In this document: positions 43,753 through 54,448 of the stretch, piece after piece
Layout: each line of letters begins with the position of its first letter
Numbering within the stretch: the stretch's first letter is position 1
Assembly: GCA_964478815.1 (NCBI GenBank)
Contig: CAYZKY010000003.1
Span: forward strand, 23,442 to 87,441
Reading direction: 5' to 3'
DNA length: 64,000 nt
Source: an uncultured Verrucomicrobiota bacterium
GTDB lineage: Bacteria > Verrucomicrobiota > Verrucomicrobiia > Limisphaerales > SXQI01
The notes under the pieces: model-generated
What the model saw: the letters and a program-made list of their open reading frames with translations, nothing else
The model's database searches: none
Told to the model about the DNA's origin: nothing
Position numbers and translations under genes: made by a program

Positions 43753-45282
43753 ATGAGGAAACTCGTCATCGGTGTCGATAGCGGAACGCAATCCACCAAA
43801 GCCCTGGTCGTCGACGCGGATTCCGGCAAGGTGCTGGGCACGGGCTCGAAAGCGTACGGACTGTTGCCGGGGTTGCCGCCAGGCGCGAAGGAGCAGCATC
43901 CCCACACCTGGCGCGACGCCACGACGACGGCGATCCGGCAGGCGCTGCGCGCCGCCGGCGCGAAAAAGGGTGAGGTAGCGGCCATCGGCGTAAGTGGACA
44001 ACAACATGGCTTTGTGCCGCTCGACGCCAAGGGGGAAGTTATCCGCCCGGCGAAATTGTGGTGCGACACCTCGACCGCGGCCGAGTGCGACGAGATTACC
44101 GCGCAATTGGGTGGCCCGAAACAGGCGATTCGCGCCGTGGGGAACGCCATTCTGCCGGGATTCACCGCGCCGAAGATCCTCTGGCTCAAAAAGAATGAAC
44201 CGGACCATTTCCGCCGGCTGGCGACGATTCTGCTGCCGCACGACTATTTGAACTTCTGGCTGACCGGTCAGGCCACCATGGAATACGGAGACGCGAGCGG
44301 CACGGCGCTCCTTGATGTGCGCCGTAGGCAATGGTCGCCCAAGGCGCTGACGGCCATCGATCCCGATCTGGGTTCGAGGCTGCCGAAGCTCATCTCGAGC
44401 GACCGGCCCGCGGGACAACTCACTGCTGAGACCGCCGAAGCGCTGGGCTTGGCTCCGGGCATCCTCGTGAGCGCGGGCGGCGGCGATAACATGATGGGCG
44501 CGATCGGCACGGGCAACACCCGGCCGGGCGTCATCACCGCGAGCTTCGGCACGAGCGGCACGATCTACGCGTGCTCGGACCGGCCGGTGGTCGATCCGCA
44601 CGGCGAAATCGCGGCCTTCTGCGATTCGACGAATCAGTGGCTGCCCTTGCTCTGCACCATGAACGTGACGGTCGCGACCGAGATGGTGCGGAAGGACTTC
44701 GAACTGGATCATGCCAAGTTCGAAGCGATGGCGGCCAAGGCGCCTCCCGGCTGCGACGGACTGGTGCTGCTGCCGTATCTGGAAGGCGAGCGCACGCCCA
44801 ACGTGCCGGACGGGACTGGGGCGTATTTCGGCGTGACTCCTCGCACCTTCACCGCGCGTCATTTCGCGCGCGCCACGATGGAAGGCGTTACCCTCGGGAT
44901 GAATTACGGACTGCGGCGGCTGGCGGAACTCGGGGTCAAGCCAACTCAAATCCGCGCGACGGGTGGTGGAGCGAATTCGAAGCTGTGGCGGCAGATCATG
45001 GCCGACATTTTCCATGCGGAAGTGGTGACCCTGGCCGTCGGCGAGGGCGCGGCCTACGGAGCGGCCTTGCAAGCCCTCTGGTGCGCCACGAACGAAGCCG
45101 GCGCGGCTACCCCTGTGCATGAAATTACCGACCGGTTCGTGCGGCTGAACACCAAGGAACGCGCCGAACCGAACGACAGCAACGTCGCCCGGTACCAGGA
45201 ACTCCAAGCCTTGCAGGACAGTTTATCGAAATCGCTGCGGGGCAGTTTTTCGGCTCACCGCCGCTACGTCGGCGGCCACTAA
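43753..45282 (+). CDS. xylB: Xylulokinase (FGGY carbohydrate kinase)
   Basis: 509-aa ORF with N-terminal LVIGVDSGTQSTKALVVD, GVSGQQHG and C-terminal IRATGGGANSKLWRQIMADIF. Confidence 0.85.
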   Translation: MRKLVIGVDSGTQSTKALVVDADSGKVLGTGSKAYGLLPGLPPGAKEQHPHTWRDATTTAIRQALRAAGAKKGEVAAIGVSGQQHGFVPLDAKGEVIRPAKLWCDTSTAAECDEITAQLGGPKQAIRAVGNAILPGFTAPKILWLKKNEPDHFRRLATILLPHDYLNFWLTGQATMEYGDASGTALLDVRRRQWSPKALTAIDPDLGSRLPKLISSDRPAGQLTAETAEALGLAPGILVSAGGGDNMMGAIGTGNTRPGVITASFGTSGTIYACSDRPVVDPHGEIAAFCDSTNQWLPLLCTMNVTVATEMVRKDFELDHAKFEAMAAKAPPGCDGLVLLPYLEGERTPNVPDGTGAYFGVTPRTFTARHFARATMEGVTLGMNYGLRRLAELGVKPTQIRATGGGANSKLWRQIMADIFHAEVVTLAVGEGAAYGAALQALWCATNEAGAATPVHEITDRFVRLNTKERAEPNDSNVARYQELQALQDSLSKSLRGSFSAHRRYVGGH

Positions 45283-45498
45283 GCGGGCTCCGGCATTGTG
45301 GCTTCGGGACAGCACCTGCCGAGCCGAAGCGACCAGTGCGGCGGCAGCATGAACTGAGGAACGCCCGAAAACGGAGCTTCCGAGCGGAATGGACGCGGCG
45401 GCTTCAGGACACGAATGAAATGCTTCGGACACCTGATTGACTTCAGACACTGAAGCAAGCCGGCGGACGTGCTGATATTACCCGATGAGAGAATAAGT

Positions 45499-46989
45499 AT
45501 GGAAAATTTCGTGCTGGCAATAGATCAAGGCACCACGAGCTCGCGAGCGATTCTGTTCGATCGTGCGGGGCAGGTGCGGGGCATGGCCCAGCGTGAATTC
45601 ACGCAGCATTTTCCGCAACCGGGCTGGGTGGAACACGACGCGGACGAGATTTGGGCGAGCCAGGCGGGGGTGATGCATGAAGCTTTGGCGCAGGGGCGGG
45701 CCAATTGGGACCAGGTGGAGGGGATCGGGATTACGAATCAGCGGGAGACGACGGTGATTTGGGATCGGCGGACGGGGCGGCCCATCCATCGCGCGATTGT
45801 CTGGCAGGATCGCCGCACCGCACCGGTTTGCGAGGTGTTGAAAGCGAAGGGCCTGGCGGGACTTATCCAGCGCAAGACGGGCTTGGTCCTCGATGCCTAT
45901 TTCTCAGGCACGAAGATCGCGTGGATTCTCGACAACGTGGCGGGCGCACGGGAAGCGGCGCGGGCGGGCCATCTGGCCTTCGGCACGATCGATAGCTGGT
46001 TGGTTTGGAATCTGACGGGCGGGCAGCTCCACCTGACGGATGTCAGCAACGCCAGCCGCACGCTGCTCTTCGATATCCACACCATGCGTTGGGATGACGA
46101 ATTGCTGGAGATTTTCGGCGTGCCGCGTGCCTTGCTGCCGGAGGTGCGCGCTTCCAGCGAACGTTATGGCGAGACCGCGGCGGGATTGCTGAGCCGGCGG
46201 ATGCCGATCGCAGGCATCGCCGGGGATCAGCAGGCGGCGCTCTTCGGTCAGATGTGTCTCGATCCCGGCATGCTCAAGCATACCTACGGCACCGGTGGAT
46301 TTATGGTGTTGAACACCGGGAGCAAGCCGATCGCCTCGAACAACAATTTGCTGACGACGGTCGGATGGAAAATCGGGAGCGAGGTGACCTACGCGCTCGA
46401 GGGGAGCATTTTCATCGCCGGCGCCGTGGTGCAATGGCTGCGGGATGGGCTGGGCTTGATCCGGCATTCCTCCGAAGTCGAGGCCTTGGCGGGCACCGTC
46501 GAAGACAATGGCGGCGTCTACTTTGTCCCGGCGTTCGTCGGGCTGGGCGCCCCGCATTGGGATTCCTCGGCGCGCGGGGCCATTCTCGGAATCACGCGCG
46601 GCACGAAAGCTGGCCATCTCGCCCGCGCCGCGCTGGAGAGCATCGCCTTTCAAACGGTGGATGTGCTCGCGGCGATGGAGGCGGACTCGGGCATCGCGAT
46701 CAAGGAATTGCGCGTGGATGGCGGGGCGACGGTCGACGACTTGCTCATGCAATTTCAGGCCGACGCGGCCGGCGTGCCCATCGTGCGGCCGAAAGTGCGC
46801 GAGACCACGGCGCTGGGCGCGGCTTATCTGGCGGGCCTGGCCACCGGCTTTTGGAGCGGGACCGACGAAGTGCGCCAGCAATGGCAGGCGGATCGCACCT
46901 TTCGTCCAGCGATGGCTGTGGCGCGGCGGGCGGAACTGAAGGCTGGTTGGACCGCGGCGGTCGCGCGCTCGAAGGGCTGGGCTTCATAG
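45499..46989 (+). CDS. glpK: Glycerol kinase
   Basis: [47 protein letters not shown] and [19 protein letters not shown]. The start is placed at the ATG at 45499 inside track ORF 45469. Confidence 0.93.
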   Translation: MENFVLAIDQGTTSSRAILFDRAGQVRGMAQREFTQHFPQPGWVEHDADEIWASQAGVMHEALAQGRANWDQVEGIGITNQRETTVIWDRRTGRPIHRAIVWQDRRTAPVCEVLKAKGLAGLIQRKTGLVLDAYFSGTKIAWILDNVAGAREAARAGHLAFGTIDSWLVWNLTGGQLHLTDVSNASRTLLFDIHTMRWDDELLEIFGVPRALLPEVRASSERYGETAAGLLSRRMPIAGIAGDQQAALFGQMCLDPGMLKHTYGTGGFMVLNTGSKPIASNNNLLTTVGWKIGSEVTYALEGSIFIAGAVVQWLRDGLGLIRHSSEVEALAGTVEDNGGVYFVPAFVGLGAPHWDSSARGAILGITRGTKAGHLARAALESIAFQTVDVLAAMEADSGIAIKELRVDGGATVDDLLMQFQADAAGVPIVRPKVRETTALGAAYLAGLATGFWSGTDEVRQQWQADRTFRPAMAVARRAELKAGWTAAVARSKGWAS

Positions 46990-47149
46990 AGGCATCCCCC
47001 GAGCCGCGTTTGCCTCTCGTTCGGAGTCCCGCGTTTGCGCGGCTAGGGTGCCGAAACACTCCCGAACCGCCCCAGCGCCACTCTGAAATTTCCGGCTGCG
47101 ATGCCGCGCCACTTCCAAAATTAGGCCCGTCAGCAGTCAACATTTTGAT

Positions 47150-47169
47150 ACGGATTAACACGGATTAAC
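47150..47169. repeat. Perfect tandem 10-bp direct repeat (ACGGATTAAC x2) upstream of the fiu-like receptor
   Basis: Read directly: gatACGGATTAACACGGATTAACtcg, in an AT-rich spacer about 310 nt upstream of the receptor start. Confidence 0.5.
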
Positions 47170-47480
47170 TCGCAAGAACACGATTTTACACTTTTCAGAA
47201 GGGGGTTAGCTGCCAATTCCACCCTCCCCCTCTTTTCTCTTCGGCACGAATGAGGACCGTCTCCCAAACTATGAGGGGGTAATCTCAAGCAGCGGTCGTC
47301 ACTCGAGAGTCTCTGCCCGAACTTGCGCACCCCGATCTTCCAGCGCAAACCGCCAACAATTAATGGCAACCCACCGGAAGCGGACTTCTCGCCTGTCCCT
47401 TAGAACTAGTGCCGTCGCGCGCATGGGGCCGCGGCCAGGGAAACACGAACGCGACACACGCATCGGAGACAAAGGGAAGA

Positions 47481-49694
47481 ATGAGACAAGACATGATCAA
47501 CGCCACGCGCGAAGGCAGCAGCGGAGATTTTACGAGCTTGCGGAAGATTCAGTTGACGGCGACTAGCCTGGGATTAATGAACGCCGTGATGCTGGCCGGG
47601 GCCGCCCACGCCCAAGGCGCCGACGCTGCAGCGGGATCGAATACCAACGCTCCGACCAAGCTGCCGGAGTTGGTCGTGTCGGGTCAGGCGGATTCGTACA
47701 AGCCGGAGGCGGTTGATTCCCCACGCTTCACCGAACCGCTGCGCGACATCCCCCAGACTATTACGGTGATTCCCCAGTCCGTGATGCGGGAGCAGAACGT
47801 CACCACCCTGCGCGATGTGCTTCGCAACGTTCCCGGCATCAGCATTCAGGCGGGTGAAGGCGGAGGCGGGCTGCCCGGCGACAACCTTTCCATTCGCGGC
47901 TTCAGCGCGCGGAGTGATATCTTCGTCGATGGAGTTCGCGACTACGGCGCGTATTCCCGCGATCCGTTCAACACCGAGCAAGTCGAGGTTTACAAAGGCG
48001 CAACCTCCGCTGCTTTTGGCCGCGGGTCGGTCGGCGGCAGCGTCAACCTCTCGACCAAGCGGCCCACGTTGCGACCCTTCTACAGCGGCAGTTTTGGCTT
48101 GGGTACGGACGAGTACAAGCGGCTCACCGCCGACTTCAACCAGCCGCTGAAGGAACTCGGCCTCGAATCGAGCGCGGTGCGCCTCAATGGCCTGTGGCAC
48201 GACGCCGACATGCCGGGTCGGGACATCGTGACAAACGAGCGCTGGGCGGTCGCGCCAGCAGTCTCTTTCGGCATAGGCCAACCCACGCAATTCACGGTGC
48301 TCTACCAGCACATGGAGCAGGACAACGTGCCCGAGTACGGCATTCCCTGGGTGCCAGCCAACACGAATCCAGCTCTGGCTGCGTATTCGGACAAAGCTCC
48401 GCCCGTCAGTTTCGAGAATTTCTATGGGCTGAAGGGTTACGATTTCGAACACATCCAGAACGACATCGCGACTGGCATTTTGGAACACAAATTCAATGAG
48501 TCGATCAGTCTCCGCAATCTTTCCCGATTCGGCCGCACGGAGCGCGATTCCGCCATCACGGCCCCGCGGTTCGATGCCGTGAATACGAGCACTGCCATTC
48601 GGCGGCAGTTGCAGCGGCGCCAAATCGAGCACCAGGTCTACGCCAACGCCACCGATGCGAGATTTGACTTCGACACCGGCCCGCTCACGCATGCGCTGAT
48701 TAGCGGCGTGGAGTTCTCCCGGGAAGAGCAGGACAATCGCAACTCGGCTCAGTTCAATAACCAGCCTCTCGCCGATCTATACAATCCCAATCCCGGCCAA
48801 CTGCCGCTGGGACCGATGCCTCCGATCAATGTCCCCTGGACGGAAGCCCGGGCCGATACGGCGGCGCTCTTCGTTTCCGATACGCTCAAATTTGCGGAGA
48901 AATGGGAACTTCTCGGTGGCTTGCGCTACGATCACATCGAAACCGATTTCACAGGCACCGGAGGGCGCACCGACGATCTGTTGAGCTACCGGAGCGGCCT
49001 GGTGTTCAAGCCATTGAAGAACGGGAGCGTCTACTTCAGTTACGGAACATCCTTCAATCCATCGCTGGAAGGAAACAGCGGCATCGCCGGAAATATCCTG
49101 AATCTGGACCCGGAGGAGTCTGAGATCTACGAGCTGGGCACGAAGTGGGATCTGCTTGAGGAACGACTCTCCCTAAGCGCGGCCGTCTTTCACAACTTGA
49201 AGAGCAACGTGCGCACCCCCGATATCGCGAACACCGGCGTGACCGTCCTGGAAGGCGAACAACGCGTCAACGGTGTCGAGTTCGGAGCCGCGGGCACCCT
49301 CACGAAGTTCTGGCGGGTGTTTGGTGCTTACACTTATCTCGATTCCAAGGTGGAGAATTCCAACAATCCCCAGGAAGAATCCAACGTCCTCGGAAATACG
49401 CCCGATCATTCGTTCAGTGTGTGGACGACGTTCCAGTTGCCCTTTAACCTGGAGCTGGGTGGCGGCGCACAATATGTGGGCGAACGGCGTAACAACAACA
49501 CGACGGCCGCGCGCATTGCCCCGGACTATGTCGTGTTCGATGCCACGCTGGCTTACAATGTGAACGAGCACTTTTCGCTCCGGCTCAACGTCTACAATAT
49601 TGCGGACGAGCAGTATATCGACCGCGTGGGCGGGGGCCACTTCATTCCCGGCGCCGGGCGGTCCGCCGTGCTGACGGCCAATTTGACTTACTAA
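47481..49694 (+). CDS. fiu: TonB-dependent catecholate-siderophore receptor (Fiu-like)
   Basis: The plug region reads [53 protein letters not shown], and the protein ends with the aromatic terminus LTANLTY. It is followed by a PiuC/YbiX-type dioxygenase, as in fiu-ybiX loci. The start is at ATG 47481, preceded by AAAGGGAAGA. Confidence 0.88.
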   Translation: MRQDMINATREGSSGDFTSLRKIQLTATSLGLMNAVMLAGAAHAQGADAAAGSNTNAPTKLPELVVSGQADSYKPEAVDSPRFTEPLRDIPQTITVIPQSVMREQNVTTLRDVLRNVPGISIQAGEGGGGLPGDNLSIRGFSARSDIFVDGVRDYGAYSRDPFNTEQVEVYKGATSAAFGRGSVGGSVNLSTKRPTLRPFYSGSFGLGTDEYKRLTADFNQPLKELGLESSAVRLNGLWHDADMPGRDIVTNERWAVAPAVSFGIGQPTQFTVLYQHMEQDNVPEYGIPWVPANTNPALAAYSDKAPPVSFENFYGLKGYDFEHIQNDIATGILEHKFNESISLRNLSRFGRTERDSAITAPRFDAVNTSTAIRRQLQRRQIEHQVYANATDARFDFDTGPLTHALISGVEFSREEQDNRNSAQFNNQPLADLYNPNPGQLPLGPMPPINVPWTEARADTAALFVSDTLKFAEKWELLGGLRYDHIETDFTGTGGRTDDLLSYRSGLVFKPLKNGSVYFSYGTSFNPSLEGNSGIAGNILNLDPEESEIYELGTKWDLLEERLSLSAAVFHNLKSNVRTPDIANTGVTVLEGEQRVNGVEFGAAGTLTKFWRVFGAYTYLDSKVENSNNPQEESNVLGNTPDHSFSVWTTFQLPFNLELGGGAQYVGERRNNNTTAARIAPDYVVFDATLAYNVNEHFSLRLNVYNIADEQYIDRVGGGHFIPGAGRSAVLTANLTY

Positions 49695-49696
49695 CC

Positions 49697-50377
49697 ATGT
49701 TGCTCAGCATTCCAGATATCCTGACCGCGGACGAAGTGGCCAAAGGCCGGCAGTTGCTCGATCAGGCCGAATGGATCGATGGGCGGGTGACCGCCGGTTA
49801 TCAGTCGGCCAAGGCGAAGGATAACCTCCAGATACCCGAGGGCCATCCGATCGGCCGCCAGCTCGGCGACATAATCCTTGCCGGCCTGGCCCGGAACGCG
49901 CTGTTTACGTCAGCCGCGTTGCCGAAGCATGTCTTCCCGCCGCTCTTCAATCGGTACTCGGGGGGACAATCGTTCGGCACGCATGTCGACAATGCCATCC
50001 GGCAAATTCCGGGCACACCCCACCGAATCCGCACGGACCTTTCGGCGACCTTGTTCTTTGCCGGGCCGGACGAGTATGACGGCGGGGAGCTGTGCATCGA
50101 GGACACCTACGGCGTGAAGGCGGTGAAGTTGCCTCCGGGCCACATGGTTTTGTATCCAGCCACGAGCTTGCATCATGTTCGTCCGGTGACGAAGGGGGCG
50201 CGCGTCTGTTCGTTCTTCTGGATTCAAAGCATGGTGCGGGACGATGGCCAACGCTCGCTTCTCTTCGACCTTGATCTCGCGATTCAACGATTAAGCGCCG
50301 ATCATCCGAATCATCCTTCGGCGGTGCAGTTGACGGGCGTCTATCACAATTTGCTGCGGCAGTGGGCGGAACTATGA
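49697..50377 (+). CDS. piuC: Fe(II)/2-oxoglutarate-dependent PKHD-type hydroxylase (PiuC/YbiX family)
   Basis: 226-aa ORF with [14 protein letters not shown]...[18 protein letters not shown], an H-x-D motif (THVDNA) and a distal His ([21 protein letters not shown]). Confidence 0.88.
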   Translation: MLLSIPDILTADEVAKGRQLLDQAEWIDGRVTAGYQSAKAKDNLQIPEGHPIGRQLGDIILAGLARNALFTSAALPKHVFPPLFNRYSGGQSFGTHVDNAIRQIPGTPHRIRTDLSATLFFAGPDEYDGGELCIEDTYGVKAVKLPPGHMVLYPATSLHHVRPVTKGARVCSFFWIQSMVRDDGQRSLLFDLDLAIQRLSADHPNHPSAVQLTGVYHNLLRQWAEL

Positions 50378-51570
50378 GACGGGCGATCTTTTGGACACAT
50401 CTGGTGGGAGGGCTCGCGGCCGGGCTGGTGATTCTTGTCATGTCGGTCACCGGCGTGCTGCTGATGTACCAGAAGCAAATCACGCGCTGGGCCGACGGCG
50501 TCGCCGTGCAGCCGCCCAGCGCATCTGCCGAGCGATTGCCGGTGGAAACGCTGCTGGGCAAAGTCGCCGAGAAAGAGACGGCCCGGCCGACGGCGATCAC
50601 CCTGAGCAGCGATCCGACGGCCCCGGCGACCTTTGCGTTTGGCCGGGAGAAAACGCTGTTTGTCGATCCATATTCCGGGGCGATTCTGGGCGAGGGATCG
50701 AAAAAAGTGCGGGCGTTCTTTCAGAGCATGATCGACTGGCATCGTTGGCTCGCCACGAGCGGAGACAGCCGCCCGATCGGGAAGGCCATCACCGGTGCGT
50801 CCAATCTGGTGTTCCTGTTTTTGGTGATCAGCGGCTTTTACCTCTGGTGGCCGCGGAATTGGAACTGGCGCGCGTTGCGGGCGGTCACCGTCTTTGACGG
50901 CTCGCTCACCGGCAAGGCGCGGGACTGGAACTGGCATAACGTGATCGGTTTCTGGTCGGCCCTGCCGCTGGCGGTGGTGGTCTTTACGGCCGTGTTCTTC
51001 TCCTACCCGTGGGCGACGGACTGGCTGTACCGGGCCACCGGTGAGACTCCCCCACCCCGCCCCGGAGCCGCGCCGGCCAGCCGCGAAGCTCGGGCGGGAG
51101 GCGGCGAGGCGCGCAACCGGGAATCGGCGAAACCGGAAGTCAGACTCGCCGGATTGAATCAATCATGGGCGCGTGCCGAGTCACAGATGTCCGGTTGGCG
51201 GACGATCAGCCTGCGCGTCCCGGCCAATGCCGAAGCGCCGCTCCCGTTTACCATTGATGCCGGCAACGGGGCACGGCCAGACCTGCGCGGACAATTGACG
51301 CTCGACCCCGCCACGGGAGAGGTCAAGCAGTGGGAAACGTATGAAAGCTACGGTTCTGCGCGCAAAATTCGCCTCTGGGTCCGCTGGTTGCATACCGGCG
51401 AAGCGGGGGGGCTGCTCGGGCAAACTCTCGCGGGCGGTGCATCCGCCGCGGGGGTTTTCCTCGTATGGACGGGTGTGTCTCTAGCCTTGCGCCGGTTCTG
51501 GAAGCGGGGAAAGCCGATGGCCTCGGCCGTTCCCCAGGAGGAAACCGCCGAACTGGAGTGCCGCACATGA
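50374..51570 (+). CDS. PepSY-associated TM helix protein (PiuB-like)
   Basis: [36 protein letters not shown] is a typical PepSY_TM N-terminus. There are 4 TM segments. An ATGA overlap joins it to piuC (start 50374; the track GTG is at 50362). Confidence 0.82.
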   Translation: MRRAIFWTHLVGGLAAGLVILVMSVTGVLLMYQKQITRWADGVAVQPPSASAERLPVETLLGKVAEKETARPTAITLSSDPTAPATFAFGREKTLFVDPYSGAILGEGSKKVRAFFQSMIDWHRWLATSGDSRPIGKAITGASNLVFLFLVISGFYLWWPRNWNWRALRAVTVFDGSLTGKARDWNWHNVIGFWSALPLAVVVFTAVFFSYPWATDWLYRATGETPPPRPGAAPASREARAGGGEARNRESAKPEVRLAGLNQSWARAESQMSGWRTISLRVPANAEAPLPFTIDAGNGARPDLRGQLTLDPATGEVKQWETYESYGSARKIRLWVRWLHTGEAGGLLGQTLAGGASAAGVFLVWTGVSLALRRFWKRGKPMASAVPQEETAELECRT

Positions 51571-52304
51571 CCGCGACCGTGGAACGAGTTGAAGTCCTTG
51601 CCTTGATCGATGCGCCGCTCCGGCCCGAGGCGCAACCTCTCCCCGGGGAGATCGCCACGGGCAGTGTGCTCACCTCGATCCTCTGGACCGGCTGCCTCAC
51701 GGTCGGGCTGCTCGGCATGGTGCTGCCGTATGCCCGGCCGGTGCCGCCCCGCAAAGCAGATGTGCCGATCCAGGCGGAGATTCTTCACGTCGAACTGACG
51801 AACGATCCCCTGCCCCCTCTGGCGCAGCGCCCCGAGAATTCGCCGACGCAACCGCCGCCTCTCCTGCCGCTGGCCGCCCCGCCCCCGGCCGCACCGCCGA
51901 TCGTCGCCGTGGCCGAGCCGGCCAAAGCAGCCTTTGCGATTCCGGTCGAGGGTCCTGTGGTGGTGGTCGAACCCGCCAAAGCCAGTGTGGCCGTGGCTCC
52001 CGTCGTCGAAGCACCCGCGCCGGTCGCTCTGCCGGTTCGCACGCTAACCTTCGGCCAGGGGGAAGGCCGGCAACCGGCCCCGGAATATCCGCTGCGCGCG
52101 CGGCGCGAAGGCCAGGAAGGGGTCGTCACGCTCCGATTCACGGTGGGCGATGATGGGCGGGTGCTGGCCGCGGAAGCGTCCACGCCTTCGCCCTGGTCGC
52201 TGCTCAATGAGGCGGCGCTGCGGGTCGTTCGCGAACGTTGGCGGTTTTCCGCCGGCCGGATCAGACTCTTCGAAGTGGCGATCCGCTTTCAACTTTCGAA
52301 ATAG
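51567..52304 (+). CDS. TonB-family energy transducer
   Basis: One N-terminal TM helix, a Pro-rich spacer (PPPLLPLAAPPPAAPP), and a C-terminal TonB domain (EYPLRARREGQEGVVTLRFTVGDDGRV). An ATGA overlap joins it to the previous gene. Confidence 0.82.
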   Translation: MTATVERVEVLALIDAPLRPEAQPLPGEIATGSVLTSILWTGCLTVGLLGMVLPYARPVPPRKADVPIQAEILHVELTNDPLPPLAQRPENSPTQPPPLLPLAAPPPAAPPIVAVAEPAKAAFAIPVEGPVVVVEPAKASVAVAPVVEAPAPVALPVRTLTFGQGEGRQPAPEYPLRARREGQEGVVTLRFTVGDDGRVLAAEASTPSPWSLLNEAALRVVRERWRFSAGRIRLFEVAIRFQLSK

Positions 52305-52310
52305 CCGAGT

Positions 52311-53018
52311 ATGAACCCACTCTTTGGCAACGTGGTCCTCAACCTCTTTTTCAAGGGAGGCCCCATCATGTGGCCGATCCTCCTTTGCTTGATCGCGGCA
52401 CTCGCCGTGGTCGTCGAACGGGCGCTCTGGTGGTGGGGACAGCATCGCCGCACGCGCGCCGATCTCCTCAACGAAGCCTATGCCGCCCTGGCCGCTGGAG
52501 ATTTTCAGACCGCCCTGTCCATAACCGCCAACGCCACCGATCCGTTCCTGCGCACGGTCCGCGATGGCATCCTGCACGCCCATAGCTCGTTTCTGGGCGC
52601 GATGCAGCTTCGCGCCTCGGACGAACTCGAACATGCCGAAAAACGGCTCTGGGTTCTGAGCACGTTCATCACGCTCGCTCCGTTGCTCGGGTTGCTCGGC
52701 ACGGTCACGGGGATCATGCACTCGTTCAATTTCGTCGGCGACGAACAGCTCGCGGCGGCCAAGGTCAGCGGCGGCATTGCCGAAGCCCTGATCGCCACCG
52801 CGTGCGGCCTGGGCATCGCGATCCTTTGCTTGCTTCCCTACAACTATCTCACCCGCCGCGCCGCGTCCTTGCGCACCCGGCTCGAACGCACGATCAATCA
52901 CGCCGAACTCCTCGTGGAATCGGCGAAGCACCACGGCCACGACCTCGAACGCTTCGCCCGGAATCTTTCGTTGGCGCAAAACCCCGGAAACCGTGGCGAA
53001 TCGGTTCGCACGGCGTAG
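52311..53018 (+). CDS. exbB: MotA/TolQ/ExbB proton-channel protein
   Basis: 235-aa ORF with [17 protein letters not shown] and [18 protein letters not shown] motifs. Confidence 0.88.
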   Translation: MNPLFGNVVLNLFFKGGPIMWPILLCLIAALAVVVERALWWWGQHRRTRADLLNEAYAALAAGDFQTALSITANATDPFLRTVRDGILHAHSSFLGAMQLRASDELEHAEKRLWVLSTFITLAPLLGLLGTVTGIMHSFNFVGDEQLAAAKVSGGIAEALIATACGLGIAILCLLPYNYLTRRAASLRTRLERTINHAELLVESAKHHGHDLERFARNLSLAQNPGNRGESVRTA

Positions 53019-53021
53019 CGT

Positions 53022-53456
53022 ATGCCCGTCAAGCTCGGCTCCAAATTGCCCGCGGAGAACGAAGCGCGGATCGAGATCATCCCGCTGATCGACATCATGT
53101 TCTTTCTGCTCGCGGCCTTCATGCTGGTGAGCCTGAGCATGGTGAACATGCGTTCCGTGAAGGTCGATCTGCCCACCGCCGCCACCTCCACGCCCGATAC
53201 GAAACGGGATTTCCTCAACATTTCCGTGGATCGCGCCGGCATTGCCTATCTGGACGCCAAGCCGATCGGCCAAAACGAGCTCGCCGCTCTTCTCAGCGCC
53301 ATGCACCAGACCAACGCGATGTTGCGAGTGTATGTGAGCGGAGACAAGAACGCCCGTCATGGCGATGTGATCCAGGTGCTGGATGTCGTCCGCTCCGCCG
53401 GCATCGAGAAGGTGGCCTTCGAAATTCGCGAGCCCGCGGGAGGAGGCAGCCGGTGA
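53022..53456 (+). CDS. exbD: ExbD/TolR biopolymer transport protein
   Basis: 144-aa ORF with the N-terminal EIIPLIDIMFFLLAAFML TM helix and a periplasmic domain ending ...VIQVLDVVRSAGIEKVAFEI. Confidence 0.88.
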   Translation: MPVKLGSKLPAENEARIEIIPLIDIMFFLLAAFMLVSLSMVNMRSVKVDLPTAATSTPDTKRDFLNISVDRAGIAYLDAKPIGQNELAALLSAMHQTNAMLRVYVSGDKNARHGDVIQVLDVVRSAGIEKVAFEIREPAGGGSR

Positions 53457-53992
53457 TGCGCGGGTTGCAATACTTCAATCTGGCGGGCGTCCTCGCGCTG
53501 GCGGTGCTTTGCGTGGTCCAGTGGCGCATCAATCGCGCCCTCAACCTCCAGATCAACACGCTGGAAAAGGATCGGATTGCCCAACGCGCCCGGCTCGACG
53601 AGCAGGATGCGCAACTCAAGGGCCAGCTTGCCGATCTCGATTCCTTCCGGGAGCATGTGAAACAGGCCAGCCAGTCGATCCGGTCCGCCGAGTCGAACCT
53701 GGTCGTCGTCCGGCAGGAAGCCGCCCAACTCGCCGCCGAACGGGATCAATTGAAGGAAAGCGTCACTAACTGGTCCAACGCCGTGGCCGAGCGGGATGAG
53801 CAGCTAGCGAAACTTTCCGGTCAAGTGCAATCGCTGGCCAACGAGCGCAACGAGGCCATCGTGAAGTTCAATCGCGTCGCGGAGCAACAGAACCAGGTGG
53901 TGAACGATTTGAACGAACGCACGCGCGAATACAATGCGCTGGTCGAAAAGTACAATGCCCTGGCGAAAGCCTCCGGCCGTTCTTCGAATTAG
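53456..53992 (+). CDS. Membrane-anchored coiled-coil protein, function unknown
   Basis: 178 aa starting [23 protein letters not shown] (one TM helix), then heptad-rich sequence ([24 protein letters not shown]...). The start overlaps the exbD stop by 1 nt (TGATG). It lies inside the longer spurious track ORF 52802..53992. Confidence 0.65.
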   Translation: MRGLQYFNLAGVLALAVLCVVQWRINRALNLQINTLEKDRIAQRARLDEQDAQLKGQLADLDSFREHVKQASQSIRSAESNLVVVRQEAAQLAAERDQLKESVTNWSNAVAERDEQLAKLSGQVQSLANERNEAIVKFNRVAEQQNQVVNDLNERTREYNALVEKYNALAKASGRSSN

Positions 53993-54390
53993 AGCGCTTT
54001 GCTGGAAGTCGGCGGGGCGGAGCTCAAGCAGTTTTGAGAGAAAACGTGCGACTCGACGATCCGGCCCGCAATCAGATGTTCCTGGATGATATGTTCCAAA
54101 ACTTCTGGCGTGCAGGAGTGATACCAGACCCCTTCGGGATAGACGACCGCGATCGGCCCTTTCGCGCACACGCGCAGGCAGTTGGCCTTTGTTCGAAAAA
54201 CCGCCGGATCGGTCCCCACCAGGTTCAATTCCTTTAGACGCTTCTTGAGGAATTCCCAAGACCGCAAGCCCTCCTCATGGGTGCAGCACTTGGCCTCGGA
54301 CTGATCGGCGCAGAGGAAGATGTGCCGCCGAAATTTCTCGAGGCCAAGCGCCGCCGCCGCTTGCGTCAATTCGGATAGCTCCGGGCTCAT
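53989..54390 (-). CDS. Thioredoxin-like [2Fe-2S] ferredoxin-domain protein
   Basis: 133-aa ORF with Cys clusters [14 protein letters not shown] and [20 protein letters not shown]. Confidence 0.75.
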   Translation of the reverse strand: MSPELSELTQAAAALGLEKFRRHIFLCADQSEAKCCTHEEGLRSWEFLKKRLKELNLVGTDPAVFRTKANCLRVCAKGPIAVVYPEGVWYHSCTPEVLEHIIQEHLIAGRIVESHVFSQNCLSSAPPTSSKAL

Positions 54391-54448
54391 GATGGATTCG
54401 TTATCCCTCGCCGAACGGCCCCGACGCGCAGGTTCCCGGCAAAGCCGC

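Noticed and set aside
43696-45207. 503-aa minus-strand ORF opposite xylB.
   Set aside because: Arg-rich shadow ORF. The plus-strand product has unmistakable FGGY kinase motifs.
52044-53360. 438-aa minus-strand ORF opposite exbB/exbD, and the 396-aa plus ORF 52802-53992.
   Set aside because: Both are out-of-frame or antisense to the clear ExbB and ExbD ORFs. Only the last 178 codons of 52802-53992 (from ATG 53456) look like a real protein.
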